From assembly GCF_006345805.1 (NCBI RefSeq), contig NC_042999.1:32116001-32180000 (forward strand): DNA of 64,000 bases, in the 5' to 3' direction. Below are positions 13,392 to 26,129 of this stretch, piece by piece. The stretch is from Octopus sinensis. Lineage: Eukaryota. The translations under genes and the position numbers were made by a program. The notes beneath the pieces were generated by a model, which was not told the origin of the DNA, searched no databases, and saw only the letters and a list, made by a program, of their open reading frames with translations. The stretch's first letter is position 1, and every line of letters begins with the position of its first letter.

Positions 13392-14260
13392 TACGTGGTC
13401 TGATTGATAACTATTCGGACTGATGTTATAGTAAGGAGGCTAAAGTACACAGAGTAAGACCGCTTGGCACACATAAACATTGAATTTCGTTGTACATGCG
13501 CACTCAGGTTTAACATTCAAACCCACTTCCGCTATTTACAACATTGCTTGGAAAAGGTGTGTAGAGTTCGATCGTCGAATTGATAACGAAAGAGAAAGAG
13601 GAGCCGAGAATCTGTATCAGATCTTGCATACATCTTCGTAGTATCTGCTCAGAGGCTTACATACATTTTTTCTAAAAGCCTAATTCTCGACACAATCAAA
13701 CACACTTTATACTACTGAAACACGAGTGTCTTTTTCGTCAGCTGAAAGCCGTTTTGGCACAGATTTGTCAGGTTATTGTCCAATACCCAAATTTTAAGTT
13801 ATAATGGCCTGAACTGAATCGTAACTAATCTGCACATCCCCTGATAAGTCACGGATTGAGATTCAACGATTTTCTCTCAAAGCTGCATGCACATCTGCAA
13901 TGTTTATCTCGCTTTCGCAGGTAACGGGTCATTTAGAACGTTCGTCAATATAAACATTTTTTAGGCTGGTACACTTGTGTGAGGCTCATAAACTACTCTC
14001 CATACACTTTCTGAAAGTTTCCGGAGGTTTCTGAGCAGGTATTGCCATGACAGCTAGCACTGTCATGGTCAATGCAAAGATCCCACACTACACACCTTCT
14101 TCCAGGCATTGCTGTAAACGTCTGAGGTGAGTTAGAACTGTAAAACTTAATGCACTAGCCGACAAAGGTAAACGTCAATCTTTGCCGAATGATTTTACTC
14201 TGCGTGTTTTGGCTTCGTGATTCTGGCAACAGTTCAATTACTTATTGATCATACCTCTTA
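13392..14260. mobile_element. non-autonomous mariner-like element
   Basis: TIRs TACGTGGTCTGATTGATAACTATTCGGACTG (left) and, as reverse complement, TAAGAGGTATGATCAATAAGTAATTGAACTG (right), both TA-ended; mariner N-terminal-like remnants on + (EPRICIRSC) and on - (RKL.KVYGE..MSLTQVY). Confidence 0.7.
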
Positions 14261-14418
14261 TATATATATATTTGTATGTCTAGAGAAATACGATTGGATT
14301 CATATCTTGCGTGAACTAGATATATCATCAGTTTCTCTCAACAACAGCTGTTCTCTGCAAAGCATAGTTTTTAAAAACACATGAACGCCAGTGATAGTTA
14401 TAGGAAAATACTTGTTAA

Positions 14419-14505
14419 CAGTTATGGCCGAGCGAATTACCTACCTTCGCTCGGTAGCTAGTAAAATTCTCCGTCCTGGGATTCAAGTCGCCGCCTGGCT
14501 CATGT
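14419..14505 (+). mobile_element. tRNA-like SINE head
   Basis: A-box-like TGGCCGAGCG and B-box-like GGATTCAAGTC at tRNA-like spacing; no clean cloverleaf. Confidence 0.4.
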
Positions 14506-14638
14506 AAATTCATATGAATGATGATAATATTTCTGCCGTACATAACTGACATAGCTTTGTTCCAGTGCGATAGTGTCCACAAGTTTCTAATAATTTCGAA
14601 TTGATGACCGTCATTTAGGCGCAATATGTTTCCTGCGA

Positions 14639-14699
<61 letters not shown>

Positions 14700-14849
14700 T
14701 GAAATCACCGTGACCGACCAGACTATCAGATGTTGCGACACATCGCTGGTCACAATGCTTTTCGGATCGTGTTAGGCTTCAAATGACGCCATCCCACTGG
14801 CTAAGCGAGCAGGCCAATATATATCTCTATATATAATATATATATATAT

Positions 14850-15019
14850 ACGAGGGTCGTCTTTCAGTTTCAGTTTCCTTTTAAGCAAATATACACACAA
14901 AAGTCTTTGGTCTGCCCGAGACTATAAGAGAAATCACTTGCTGAACGTGCCACGCAGTTCTACTGAACCCGGAACCACATCATTCAGAAGCAAGCTACTT
15001 ACTACACACCCATTCCTGC

Positions 15020-15021
<2 letters not shown>
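14850..15021 (-). mobile_element. 5' half of the major tRNA-SINE
   Basis: Aligns with 29850-30014 (TTTCAGTTTCC...GTGCCACGCAGT..ACTGAACCCGGAACCAC...AAGCAAGCTACTTAC). Confidence 0.75.
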
Positions 15022-15053
<32 letters not shown>

Positions 15054-15323
15054 GTAGGTATATGTATGTTTGTCTGTATAATGATGCAGGTGTGAAAACG
15101 AACATTCTCTTGTGATTACTCCACATCCTCAGCTAATGCAAGTTCAGTGTACACCGTGTTTGAAAATCAGGAAGAAAGAACATTCTCACCAACAATACAA
15201 AATATGTAGCTTCCAGCCATTAGCTCTTGCAAAGAATAAAACAATTTGTGGATTGCCAAAATTAGATATATTTACAGTGGAATGTTCTTTGATATGATTT
15301 CATGCATATACGTATGTTTATAA

Positions 15324-15444
<121 letters not shown>

Positions 15445-15454
15445 GGTGTTGTGT

Positions 15455-16010
15455 GGGTGAAGTCATTGAAAAGGAAAAACCTACAATAATAAATTAATAT
15501 AGGATAAGGAATATATTGCCAGGTCTCTCAGAAGATATTAGTGTGATATAAAATGGGAATTAGAAAGCAAAATATTCTTCTTAAAGTAACATTAAAGTCT
15601 AAAATTTTGTTGGAATCTTTAAACTAAATTTATTTTCAAATTGAAAGTTTTATTGGAAAATTTATTAACTTTCGAGGAAATTTTTGAGTATTCTGAATTT
15701 TTACTTATAATTTTATAGAGAAAACTCAATTTCCAAATTTAAATTTTAAAGTAAATGTAATTTCAAAGCTAAAAAAATATTTTTTTATTACGTAATAAAC
15801 AAAAACACAACATAACATTATGAAACTAAAATGTAATGGAGGTTAGAAAATAAATAATTGGTGTACATGCGTGTTTCGGGAATTTTTCCAGCTTCTTTAG
15901 CTCCAACTCCAACCCCATAACGTTATACTGCTACACTGCCTGGCTATTAGAGTAAGTTGATCGTGAACAGTTTATGAGTTGGGCGAGGTGCTGAAGATAG
16001 GAGCAATTAC
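15455..16010 (-). mobile_element. non-coding PLE-type end with HHR motif (15860-15904) and a short inverted partial copy (15972-16008, +)
   Basis: Minus: ggag-CTAAAGA...ggaaaaattccc-GAAACA-cgca-TGTA-cacc. Plus: ggtg-CTGAAGA-taggagcaatt with a homologous upstream sequence. Confidence 0.5.
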
Positions 16011-16091
16011 AACATCACTCTTTACATTGACGTACTGGTATAGGAATGCTGGCCCTAAAATATATAGAAAATGCGCGGAGGTAACTGAAAT

Positions 16092-16322
<231 letters not shown>

Positions 16323-18399
16323 TGTGGTGTGTGTAATTCGTCCTCTCCCCCGTTTGAAAGCTGTGTGAGTTTGTGTATTACCCCCAACGAAAAATCCCGG
16401 TGAGTAACGTAGTTGACTTTAAAATATTAAGTACTTAGCTGGACTAAACTATTCAAGTATGTGCCCCAGTATCGCCGCACCAGGTTTACCTGAAGCAACG
16501 AAATATAAGGATATAGAGGAATTAAACATTATATAAATATGCTTATACATGTTTTTGTGTATATATAAGTATGTATGTATATATAAAAACTTGTTTGTGA
16601 GTTTGTATGCGTATATAAAAATATATGTATGCATGTGTAGGTGTATAGAATAATGTATGTACGCGTGTGTATGTATACGCATGTATATGTGTATATAAAA
16701 TGTACATGCATGCGCGTGCGTGTGTGTACATACATGCACATTGAGTTATGATATACATTTCTTTGCTAAAATCAAGGCCTTAAAATTAATAGTGACGCAC
16801 ATTGAATGTATATATTTAGTGCATTTATGAATTTAATTGAAATCATGAGAAAGAAGTTCAAACTCAAGCCCAGATTAAAGCATAAGGGATATGGAACAAA
16901 TATCTTAATATTAAGTTGTAAGCTGGAAGCAGAGGCACATCTCTGTTATTACCTATTTATAGTACATTATACTATTAACAGTATAAAGCTTAGCACATTT
17001 AATTTGTTATTATGCATTTAATTCACATTATATTTACAACAATGTACGGTTTTCATTGTATTATTATACGAATAAAATTGCTTCCCAGATATATTTACAT
17101 TTTGTATAAAATTTCTGTTTGCAATATTTGGTATTACAATTCATTAGAAATAGATACTACAGGAGTAATCCTTTTATCATTTAAGTATTTATACAGAATT
17201 GCTGATGAAAACTGTTGTAATCCCAGAGTTGTCTTTTTTATGTTATCTTACAATGGATTATTAAAATCAGTTTTAATTTCACAAAATTCACATTAATAGA
17301 CGCGTAGAACCACACGTGCATTCGCATACATAAATTTGCATATATATAAATCTACACTTGCGTATACATCTTCATATATATTTTTATAGAAATGTCATTT
17401 TGTGCTTGTACATGTCTGTGCATGTATATACATATATATACGGGAATTGTATAGATGTGTAAATATGTACAAAAAAAGAGGTGAGATGAAGCATAGACCA
17501 TTAAAGCCGTCGGTATATTTATTCATAAGTGTCTAACACAAGAAGGCATTTATTAAAAGCAAGTGGAACATGCATCATTTATCAAACGAGATGATGTTTA
17601 TCCGTACTGCATTTACTCAGAGATTGCATACTTGTATAGCCTTGTACTTTGGTGAAATTCGCCTCTAATCGTGAATGGCCGAAACACTGATTATTGAATC
17701 AGACTTTATCATACAAACGTCATTTTATTTCCTAATAAACTTTCTAAGAATATTTCTAAACTTTAAGTTACACAATAAGTATAATATTAAAACTTAAGTT
17801 ACACCATAACTTATACCTAACTTACATCACAAGTATAATGCAACGTTTTATATATACGCTCTGTATATAATTTTATTGAGTTGTTTCTATAAAAGACAAT
17901 AAAGAAACATTCTTGTGCGTCCATCGCAGTTTAGATTTTGTTTGGTAAAATATAGAACTCCCAGAAGAAACTGATTTTTGTGCGGTAGTTTGAGTTGTGT
18001 GTTTCTCTCTTTTATATTCATTCTGTGCAACTAAAATCAAATGTCATGATATTCTCTTTAGTAAAGATTTGTCAGCGATATTTGGATATGTACTGCTTGA
18101 CTTCATCTGTATCGGTTCTTGCAGAACATTTTTCTGTGGAGAAAATTTTCTATAACTTACTTTCTTTTAATACCTTATGAAACATTTTTTTAAAAAATTT
18201 CATCGTTATTTGTTCCTTTATCCCTGTTTATTGTCTTGCCCAATTTTATACATTCAAAATTATTCTTTGGGTAGAGCTATATAATTTTCTTTCTGTTATG
18301 CACAAAAATACTCACAGCGAAACATGTGTGTGTTTGTGTGTGTCTGTGAGTACGTGCGCGCATGCCTCTGTGTGTGTGTGTGAGTACGTGCGCGCGTGC

Positions 18400-18436
<37 letters not shown>

Positions 18437-18669
18437 CACGCGTGCGTCCACTACCTGTTTGCTTGTGTGTATGCTGGAAGATAGAAACTGAAAGAAAATT
18501 CTCGAACTGTCGTTCGGAGACATGATGGTGTTGTTCTTCCATTTTTATTGTAAAATTCTATCCTAATAAATGTCTGTATAATCCCAATTCTTTCCTGTTT
18601 TTCTTCATAATAATTTTTTTAAAAATCACATTCATGTATGAATTCTTTTACAGCTTAAAAATATCTACT

Positions 18670-18936
18670 GTTCTATATTTAGGAAATGAGGAATTATGTA
18701 CATTATTTACAGTATTTATATTTGAAGGATATTTCTCCTCATCTTGTTTGTTGTTAAGCCAACGTTTCGGCTGATATACTCTCCAGCCTACATCAGGTGT
18801 CTTGGGAACATGTCGAACCTGGGTTCTCATTCCCAAGGTATTATTCAGGTCACTGCCTGGAATCGAACTCGGAACCTTGGGGTTAAGAGTGTGGGCCACT
18901 AACTCCATGATTCCGAGTTTGATTCCAAGTAGTGAA

Positions 18937-19019
<83 letters not shown>

Positions 19020-19215
19020 TAATAATTATAATAATAACATTAACTATAACAAAAAAAAAACAACATCGAAAATACCCTTGGAATGAGAATCCAGGTTCAA
19101 AATTTTCGCAAGATACCTGATAAAGACTGCAAGTTACATCAGCTGAAACGTTATGTTACCAACAAACAAGATGAGGACTAATATCCGTCATAATTAAAAA
19201 ATGTAAATAATGTAA
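18670..19215. mobile_element. inverted dimer of the tRNA-head/(AAT)n/HHR-tail element, copy A
   Basis: Minus arm 18670-18885 and plus arm 18881-19215; B-box GAGTTCGATTCC; degenerate HHRs at 18756-18801 (-) and 19112-19157 (+); homologous to 35681-36498. Confidence 0.85.
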
Positions 19216-21314
19216 TTAATATTATAAATATCTATTAAAAAATATTCTACTGTGAAAAGAGATCATGCTTTTCGATCAAGATTTAGTTTAATTCCATTAC
19301 AATACATTTTCTTCTCATAACATTGTTTCTAGTCACTTTAAAATAATTCCGCTTTCGTTTATACAAAATTTTGTCAACTATGAAAATAAAGAACAATTAT
19401 AAGTCGCCTCAATAATATTCTAATTTCACACGCAATGCTTTCCAGTTTGTAAAACTGAGAACACAAAGAATAGTATGACTGATATCTATCGCAGATTTCT
19501 TTATGGAACCAACTTTTCTTTCAATGTCATTGAAGCATTTGTATTAACAGAGACTATTTACGAGAAATGTATTTTCATTTCGCGCATGCTATTAATAATT
19601 AGACATGGATAGCATCACCATAGCTAAGATAACTAAATAGATAATTGTGACGTTGACGTAATATGAGTGATCTTAACAAAACAAATAGGACAGCAGAAGC
19701 CGCAAATGTATAAGTGTTCTTATATCGCATTTATCATGTAAGCGATCGTTTTCTTAAATCTTGCATTTAATGGTATTTTCTCTTGCAGTAAACACACTTC
19801 CATATATGTTGATTGTATTCATACCTTGTAAAGTTTTTACATGAAGGGAACCATAGGATATTCTGCTATGATATGACAAACAAAAACAAGATACTACAAA
19901 ATAGAAAATATCTGCCAAACATTTAAAGTTGTACTGTTGGAATCGTTCGCTCGTTCTTTATTGGGGCGTTCTTTTTTTTTGTTTACATGTTTCGGGCATA
20001 TATCTGTTAACTGTTCGTGTGTATATCCTTTTTATTGTTCGACAGATATCGTCCAGAAGCGACTGGTGTTGAGTCTCATACTGCCACTTTTTCAGTTGTG
20101 AATCTTGTTTCTTCACATGATCTATAACGAACTTTATTGCTTGTGTGAAAAACCCATATTATTACTAACATTTATCGAGCTTTTACTCATGGTAGTGCAG
20201 GGTAATTTTATATTCAAAATCTTTCTCTTCTTTCATAAAATCCCTTAGAATAAAAAGGGACTATCACTCTTGGCTTGTCAATGGCTCGCTAGTATAGCAT
20301 TAAACGGTAGAAACGTATTTACCTTAGTTTCTCCTGAATCGCGGTAGAAATTACGTTAATATACACTATTTAATATAGTGCGCTGCTTTGTTGAAATTAC
20401 ACGAATAGAGCCATAAAAATTTCTTCTTTTGTCTTGAACTAGTGTACTTGTCTTGTTGATTTTTTTTTATTTTAAGCCTCAAGTTTCAGGAAATTTATGC
20501 TATACATGAATATCGAATGTTTTATGAAACAGAACACATCTAAACAGTGTTTTAGCAGAATGACATTTGATAGTTGGCTTCTATATTTAGAAGGTCACAA
20601 GTCCCGTAGGGGATTATGTATTAGCTCATTTCATATCATAGATTTGTTTCTTCTCAACGATATTTATTCATAGTGCATCAATATTTGTTTCTTACATTCA
20701 TATAAGTGATAGTGTTAGTGTCGATTCACTTTATTGATAGCTATTTTGCTTTTTCCTATTTACATGAGCTAGTTCAGGTTCTATATATTTATTGATGATG
20801 TTTCTCCCGAATGACTTTTGTTGGTGAATTCTAACCTCATCTGATAGTGTTTCTATTGATGCATGCATCATGGTAGTATTTCTCTCGGCCATGTTAATGG
20901 ATTTGATAGTTATTGTTTTGATATATGTATATTCATGGTATTCCTCTTGATCCACGTGTATTGATTGTGCTTCTATTGATCTACGCTTTATTGATGGCGT
21001 TTCTGTTGGCCAATGTTTATTAGAGAACTTGGGTGTTCCCCTTACTTGATGCTGTGCTTCTTAGCCTGTATTAATGGCTAATATTTTTGTGCTGATCCAT
21101 CAGAATCAATATTCGCATGATAACTTTAATATCTAAACTGGTTTTGATTGATGGCATTTATTGTTTACTTTCACCCATAACTTATGTTAAATCTATTAAG
21201 GATTACCTGGATATATTCTTATTTTGCCTGATGGCAATTTTGTTTGTTTCCATTTGCGATGTGCATGATTCAGCAACGTTTTGGAGATTTCCGTTTTCTC
21301 AGTAATATTGCGTA

Positions 21315-21322
21315 TATTATTA

Positions 21323-21405
<83 letters not shown>

Positions 21406-21465
21406 TATTATTATTATTATTATTTATTATTATTATTTATTATTATTATTATATTATTATTATTA

Positions 21466-21547
<82 letters not shown>

Positions 21548-21548
21548 T

Positions 21549-21637
<89 letters not shown>
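21315..21637. repeat. (ATT)n microsatellite
   Basis: Seen directly. Confidence 0.95.
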
Positions 21638-22522
21638 TTTCATTCAAGACACATTTTATTCATTGCACTATTTCCTTTGTGAGCTGAGGGTTTATTTGTA
21701 GTGAAACTAACCTGGGTTTCATTACCTCCATAATTTCAACCCCGTAAAAAACAAAAACACACAGCACGTTTAATTGAGCAGGTTACAAAATATAGTTGTG
21801 GCTTGGTCAAGTTTAATCTTTGCTGTGTGTTTTCATCTATACGAGTTTGTAGTGACAAAATCTCATGACTTTTCCTATGAAACTAATGTGACTTTGCGAT
21901 CACACACAAACTATACAATATTTGGAACAATTACATGCACTACTAGTGCCTTGTCCAATCTGTAAATTCTTTAGTTGATTGCACATCGCTTGTTTTATGT
22001 TCTAAACTGAAACGGCGGTAAGCGTATCTCTAAATCTGATGGAAGCTCAATAAATTCATTATAAGTCTTCTGAACAATAGGATTCTCTAAACTGCGCGAC
22101 CGAGAGCAGGCAAAATTTTTGCCGTGGACAATTTTCACACCGCTTTAGTTAAATACAATTCGGCTTACAATTGTATGCGTTGAGAGCTCAACTGATATAA
22201 CAATATACAAAATAATTTAAAAGGTTACATTACAACAGTTGCATAACATTACGAAGCAGTTAGAACGTAACCATTTTGTAGTCACACATTAAATTTCCAA
22301 AACTGAGTAAAAAGTTATTTGTGGAAAAATGAGATTGTTATTTACCTTTCATGCAGAATTATTGTCTTATTGCGTGTACTCCATCCAAAAATATGCAATT
22401 TAGCCTGTTTAACAAGCATCATTCGATTTTCGTGCGACACAAACTCTCTCTTCCTTTGTACCAACGCTAAAATGTTTTTGATAATCAACGTTAAAATGTT
22501 TGTGATAATCTTTCTTTACTTA

Positions 22523-22620
22523 CACTGAACCGCAAAAGAAAAGCGATTTTTCGAACGTCATTTTCACATCGTAAATTCTGACAATTTATTTCAGTGGTAT
22601 AAATGTAAATATTTCAAGAC
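22523..22620 (+). mobile_element. Tc1-like left terminal inverted repeat
   Basis: TA|CACTGAACCGCAAAAGAAAAGCG matches the reverse complement of CGCATTTCTTTTGCGGTCCAGTG|TA at 32807-32831. Confidence 0.65.
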
Positions 22621-22669
22621 ATGGTTTATGGTTGGTTTTTGGCTAAAACTCAAATTTAAGGGTAAATGT

Positions 22670-22830
22670 AGAGGAGATATCGACGTAGCTGGATGTTGCC
22701 TGGCTGGTGGTAGCGATAAAAATGGGCTTGGAGGAAGAAATATCGATCCCCCAAGCCACAAAAACACTAACGCAGAACTTGCTGGCGCAGAAAAAGGAAA
22801 TGATCATCCCAGAAATGAGACTCCAAAATA
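22670..22830 (+). pseudogene. fragment of the zinc-knuckle ORF1 family
   Basis: DVAWLVVAIKMGLEEEISIPQATKT aligns with 23680-23800 and with DPVEVVAALLYKRADKIKILQVT at ~63155. Confidence 0.55.
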
Positions 22831-23007
22831 CAGCTGCATTGGATGCCGGGAGTGGCAGTAGCAAACAATTGTCATGAAAACGGAAATGCATATGCATCAG
22901 CTGGAAGTAATGGACATAAAAATCAATTTGAACCGCATCCCTGACATTCGCAATCCATCTGCCATTCGTTCCCCCCACTTTTGAAGTTAGTGTCGTGAAT
23001 TACGGTC

Positions 23008-24705
23008 AGTGTCACTACTTATATTGCGGTTGCTGCTTTGTTGGGCGCTATTGCTGTGTGTATTCGTAAAACACTTGTGTTTCACTGTTTTGCAGCGTTC
23101 CTGTTGTCGTTTCTCCCTTGTTTAAAGGAGGACGCGCTATGAGGAAATGCCAAGTTGTAAGTTCGTTGGACGCAGAGTTGTTGGATGGAGAATTGATGTA
23201 TTAGGCGAGTGGCATGGACGAGGAGCTGGCAAGAAGAGGAGGCGAAAAAACAGAAAATGTATCAAACGTTTTGCGGTGACGGCCAGTGTGTCGAAGGGGA
23301 ATGTGTGATTTGAAAGGCAGGATTGGTAAAATACCGAGTTATGTTTAAAAAGGAGGGGTCGAAGAAGAACTGACCCCTCTTAACAAAATTACACGGGATC
23401 TTTGTTAGAAAGTGATATTTAAGAAATTTGTGATAAGGGGGAAAATAATTGAAATGGCAACGAAGTTACAAGTTGACCAGTGCTTGGCACCCATTTGTCC
23501 AGAATTATCGTATCTGGCAAGGGGCGCCAAATACACTACAGTGGACACGCGGTTCTCAACTGAAGAAAAGGCCGGGTAACACTCCGCGGCCTCCTTGAAA
23601 ACAGGAAATTATATTACTATGATCTTACCTTAGAAGGCGTGCTTCCAGTGTAAGGGTAGATGAGTTACCACCGGAGGTGGGTTTTTCTGACTGATAGAAG
23701 CGATAGCGAGTGGCCTGGAGAAAACCTCAATCCTCCAAGCCACGAAAAGACCAACACAGAACTGTTTGGGTCAGGGACTGAGTGTGATCATTCAAGCTGC
23801 CTCGCAGATTTTGAAAATATTATCGACACCATTGTGGCGGATGATAAGAGATTTAGGGTTGTAGTGGAGAGCAGAAAGCCGCGTTATTACAAGTGTGGCG
23901 AAAAGGGCCACATTAGAGCGGAAAGCCGTCCACCTCCCGCAAAGGCACCGTCCTTCCAACTATTGCGGCGTCGAATGAGGGTGTATGCAAAGAGCGGCCA
24001 TGTTCGACAGAAAAGGACAAATAAGTGCAAGAAGAGGCAGCAAATGGATGGAATAGTCACAAAATGAAACAAAAAGAGGACGAAGAGAAACCACAACAGT
24101 GACTATGGCCCCCACCCTGCCCCACTCCACCTCTCCCTACCCATTCAGACACCAGTCCTTGTCGTGTTACAACTAGCACTGACCCCGAACCTGACCCTAC
24201 AGGCACATGAGTCGACATACAGAACTCCTAAATCCCCCAGCCTGCCCCCTGTGACAAGAGTTGTGTTATAGCTTTCAATGAAAAGAATAATATTTTGACG
24301 AAGAAAATAGTTTAAAGGACGTTGTGAAAATTGATTTTCCTGCTTGTAAGAAGTATCCCTCAAATATAAGATGTGTTAGCGGAGGGCAGTTTCGCAGACT
24401 GAATGAGGAGTTCGGGGCAAGTGTGTATGTTACGAACATTAAAGCCGATACCGAAGCATTGCTATCTCCTGTGAGTATTCTAGATAGTTTAGAAACTGAT
24501 GGAAAAACTATAATAATGTAATTGGTTGTAAAATAGTTCTATATGGTCACACGGCGTGTGGGCTTTCGAGTGGCCATCATTCCACCACTTCATTAATTTT
24601 CTCTCATCATTTACATTCGTTTTTTCCCCACTTAGGTGAGGGGTTTTTTCTGTCCTTGTGGTGGCCTCCCTATGTTTAGCTCTTTGTAATTGATTTTAAA
24701 TAAAT
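23008..24705 (+). mobile_element. decayed non-LTR-type element encoding only a gag-like ORF1 (HAL1-like)
   Basis: ARGAKYTTVDTRFSTEEKA corresponds to AKGRAYGTVDVRFSGEEMA (~62990); decayed knuckle RKPRYYKCGEKGHIRAES; Pro/Thr-rich linker; T-rich 3' region ending in AATAAA at 24699-24704; no APE or RT sequence seen. Confidence 0.6.
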
Positions 24706-25220
24706 TTGTAATTTGGACGTATCAGGGATGACCCGATTCTCAGCAGCGCAACGAGAGCAGGCTATCAGCCGATTGCAAGCAGAACCCTTATGTAAAGAAG
24801 TAAAAATCAAGTGAACGTAAAAATAGACAGAGGAAAGATACATAGAGAATGACAGAATCCACGTTAATCGAAGGGAGGAAGATTTTTCTGCTTAGAAACC
24901 GAGGTCAACTGGGCAAGTAACGTTTAACAAGCTATAAATGAATGGACGAGAAGACATGTTACATATAAATGTGTGTGTATGCTTGTGTTTCATGGTTTGC
25001 ATGTGTGTATGAGCACGCGTGTGTCTGTGCATTTGTGTGTATATGACTGTGTATATGTGTGCTGCGTGTGTGGGGACAGAGAGGGAGAGAGGTAGGTTCA
25101 GAAAAAGAAGATATAATGATAGATACATAGCTTTATACACCTGCATTTAAACACAGTCAAGTATACATGTACAAATGCATTCGTAAATATATATATATAT
25201 ATATAGAGACATATATATAT

Positions 25221-25288
<68 letters not shown>

Positions 25289-25325
25289 AATATACATATA
25301 CATATATATATGTATATATATATAC

Positions 25326-25356
<31 letters not shown>

Positions 25357-25376
25357 TACATACATACACACACACA

Positions 25377-25456
<80 letters not shown>

Positions 25457-25784
25457 TATATATATATACAGAAGAAAACATGAGATCAAATACGCTGACA
25501 GATATCAATAAATTTCTCAATATCAAAAGAATTTGGTTATACATTTTCAACAATCAGATACTAGTAAATGTAACTAGATAAAACTTCATCCATATCAGGT
25601 AAATGCAAACATACTTTTTTTAGAATTTCGTGAAATTCAGCGTACAGGAAAAATACGTACAGGAAAAAATTATATCTTTGCTATAGATGTCACTTTAGAA
25701 AGCCGACAATTGCTTCTCTTGCAGTTATACACACACAACAACGTGCGCACGCACATACACACACATGCTGAATCACACACATGC

Positions 25785-26014
<230 letters not shown>

Positions 26015-26129
26015 TCGAATATCATTAAAATGAGTATAATATCTTCGAAAATGCATCAATGCAACATCATCAAGGCTATACAAAGTTAGTGAAATTAAAA
26101 TTGGACATCTGATAAGTAACCAGTTTATA

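Noticed and set aside
25470-25620. Additional minus-strand HHR (CTGATAT...GAAAATGTA)
   Set aside because: Too many core deviations and no convincing stem I.
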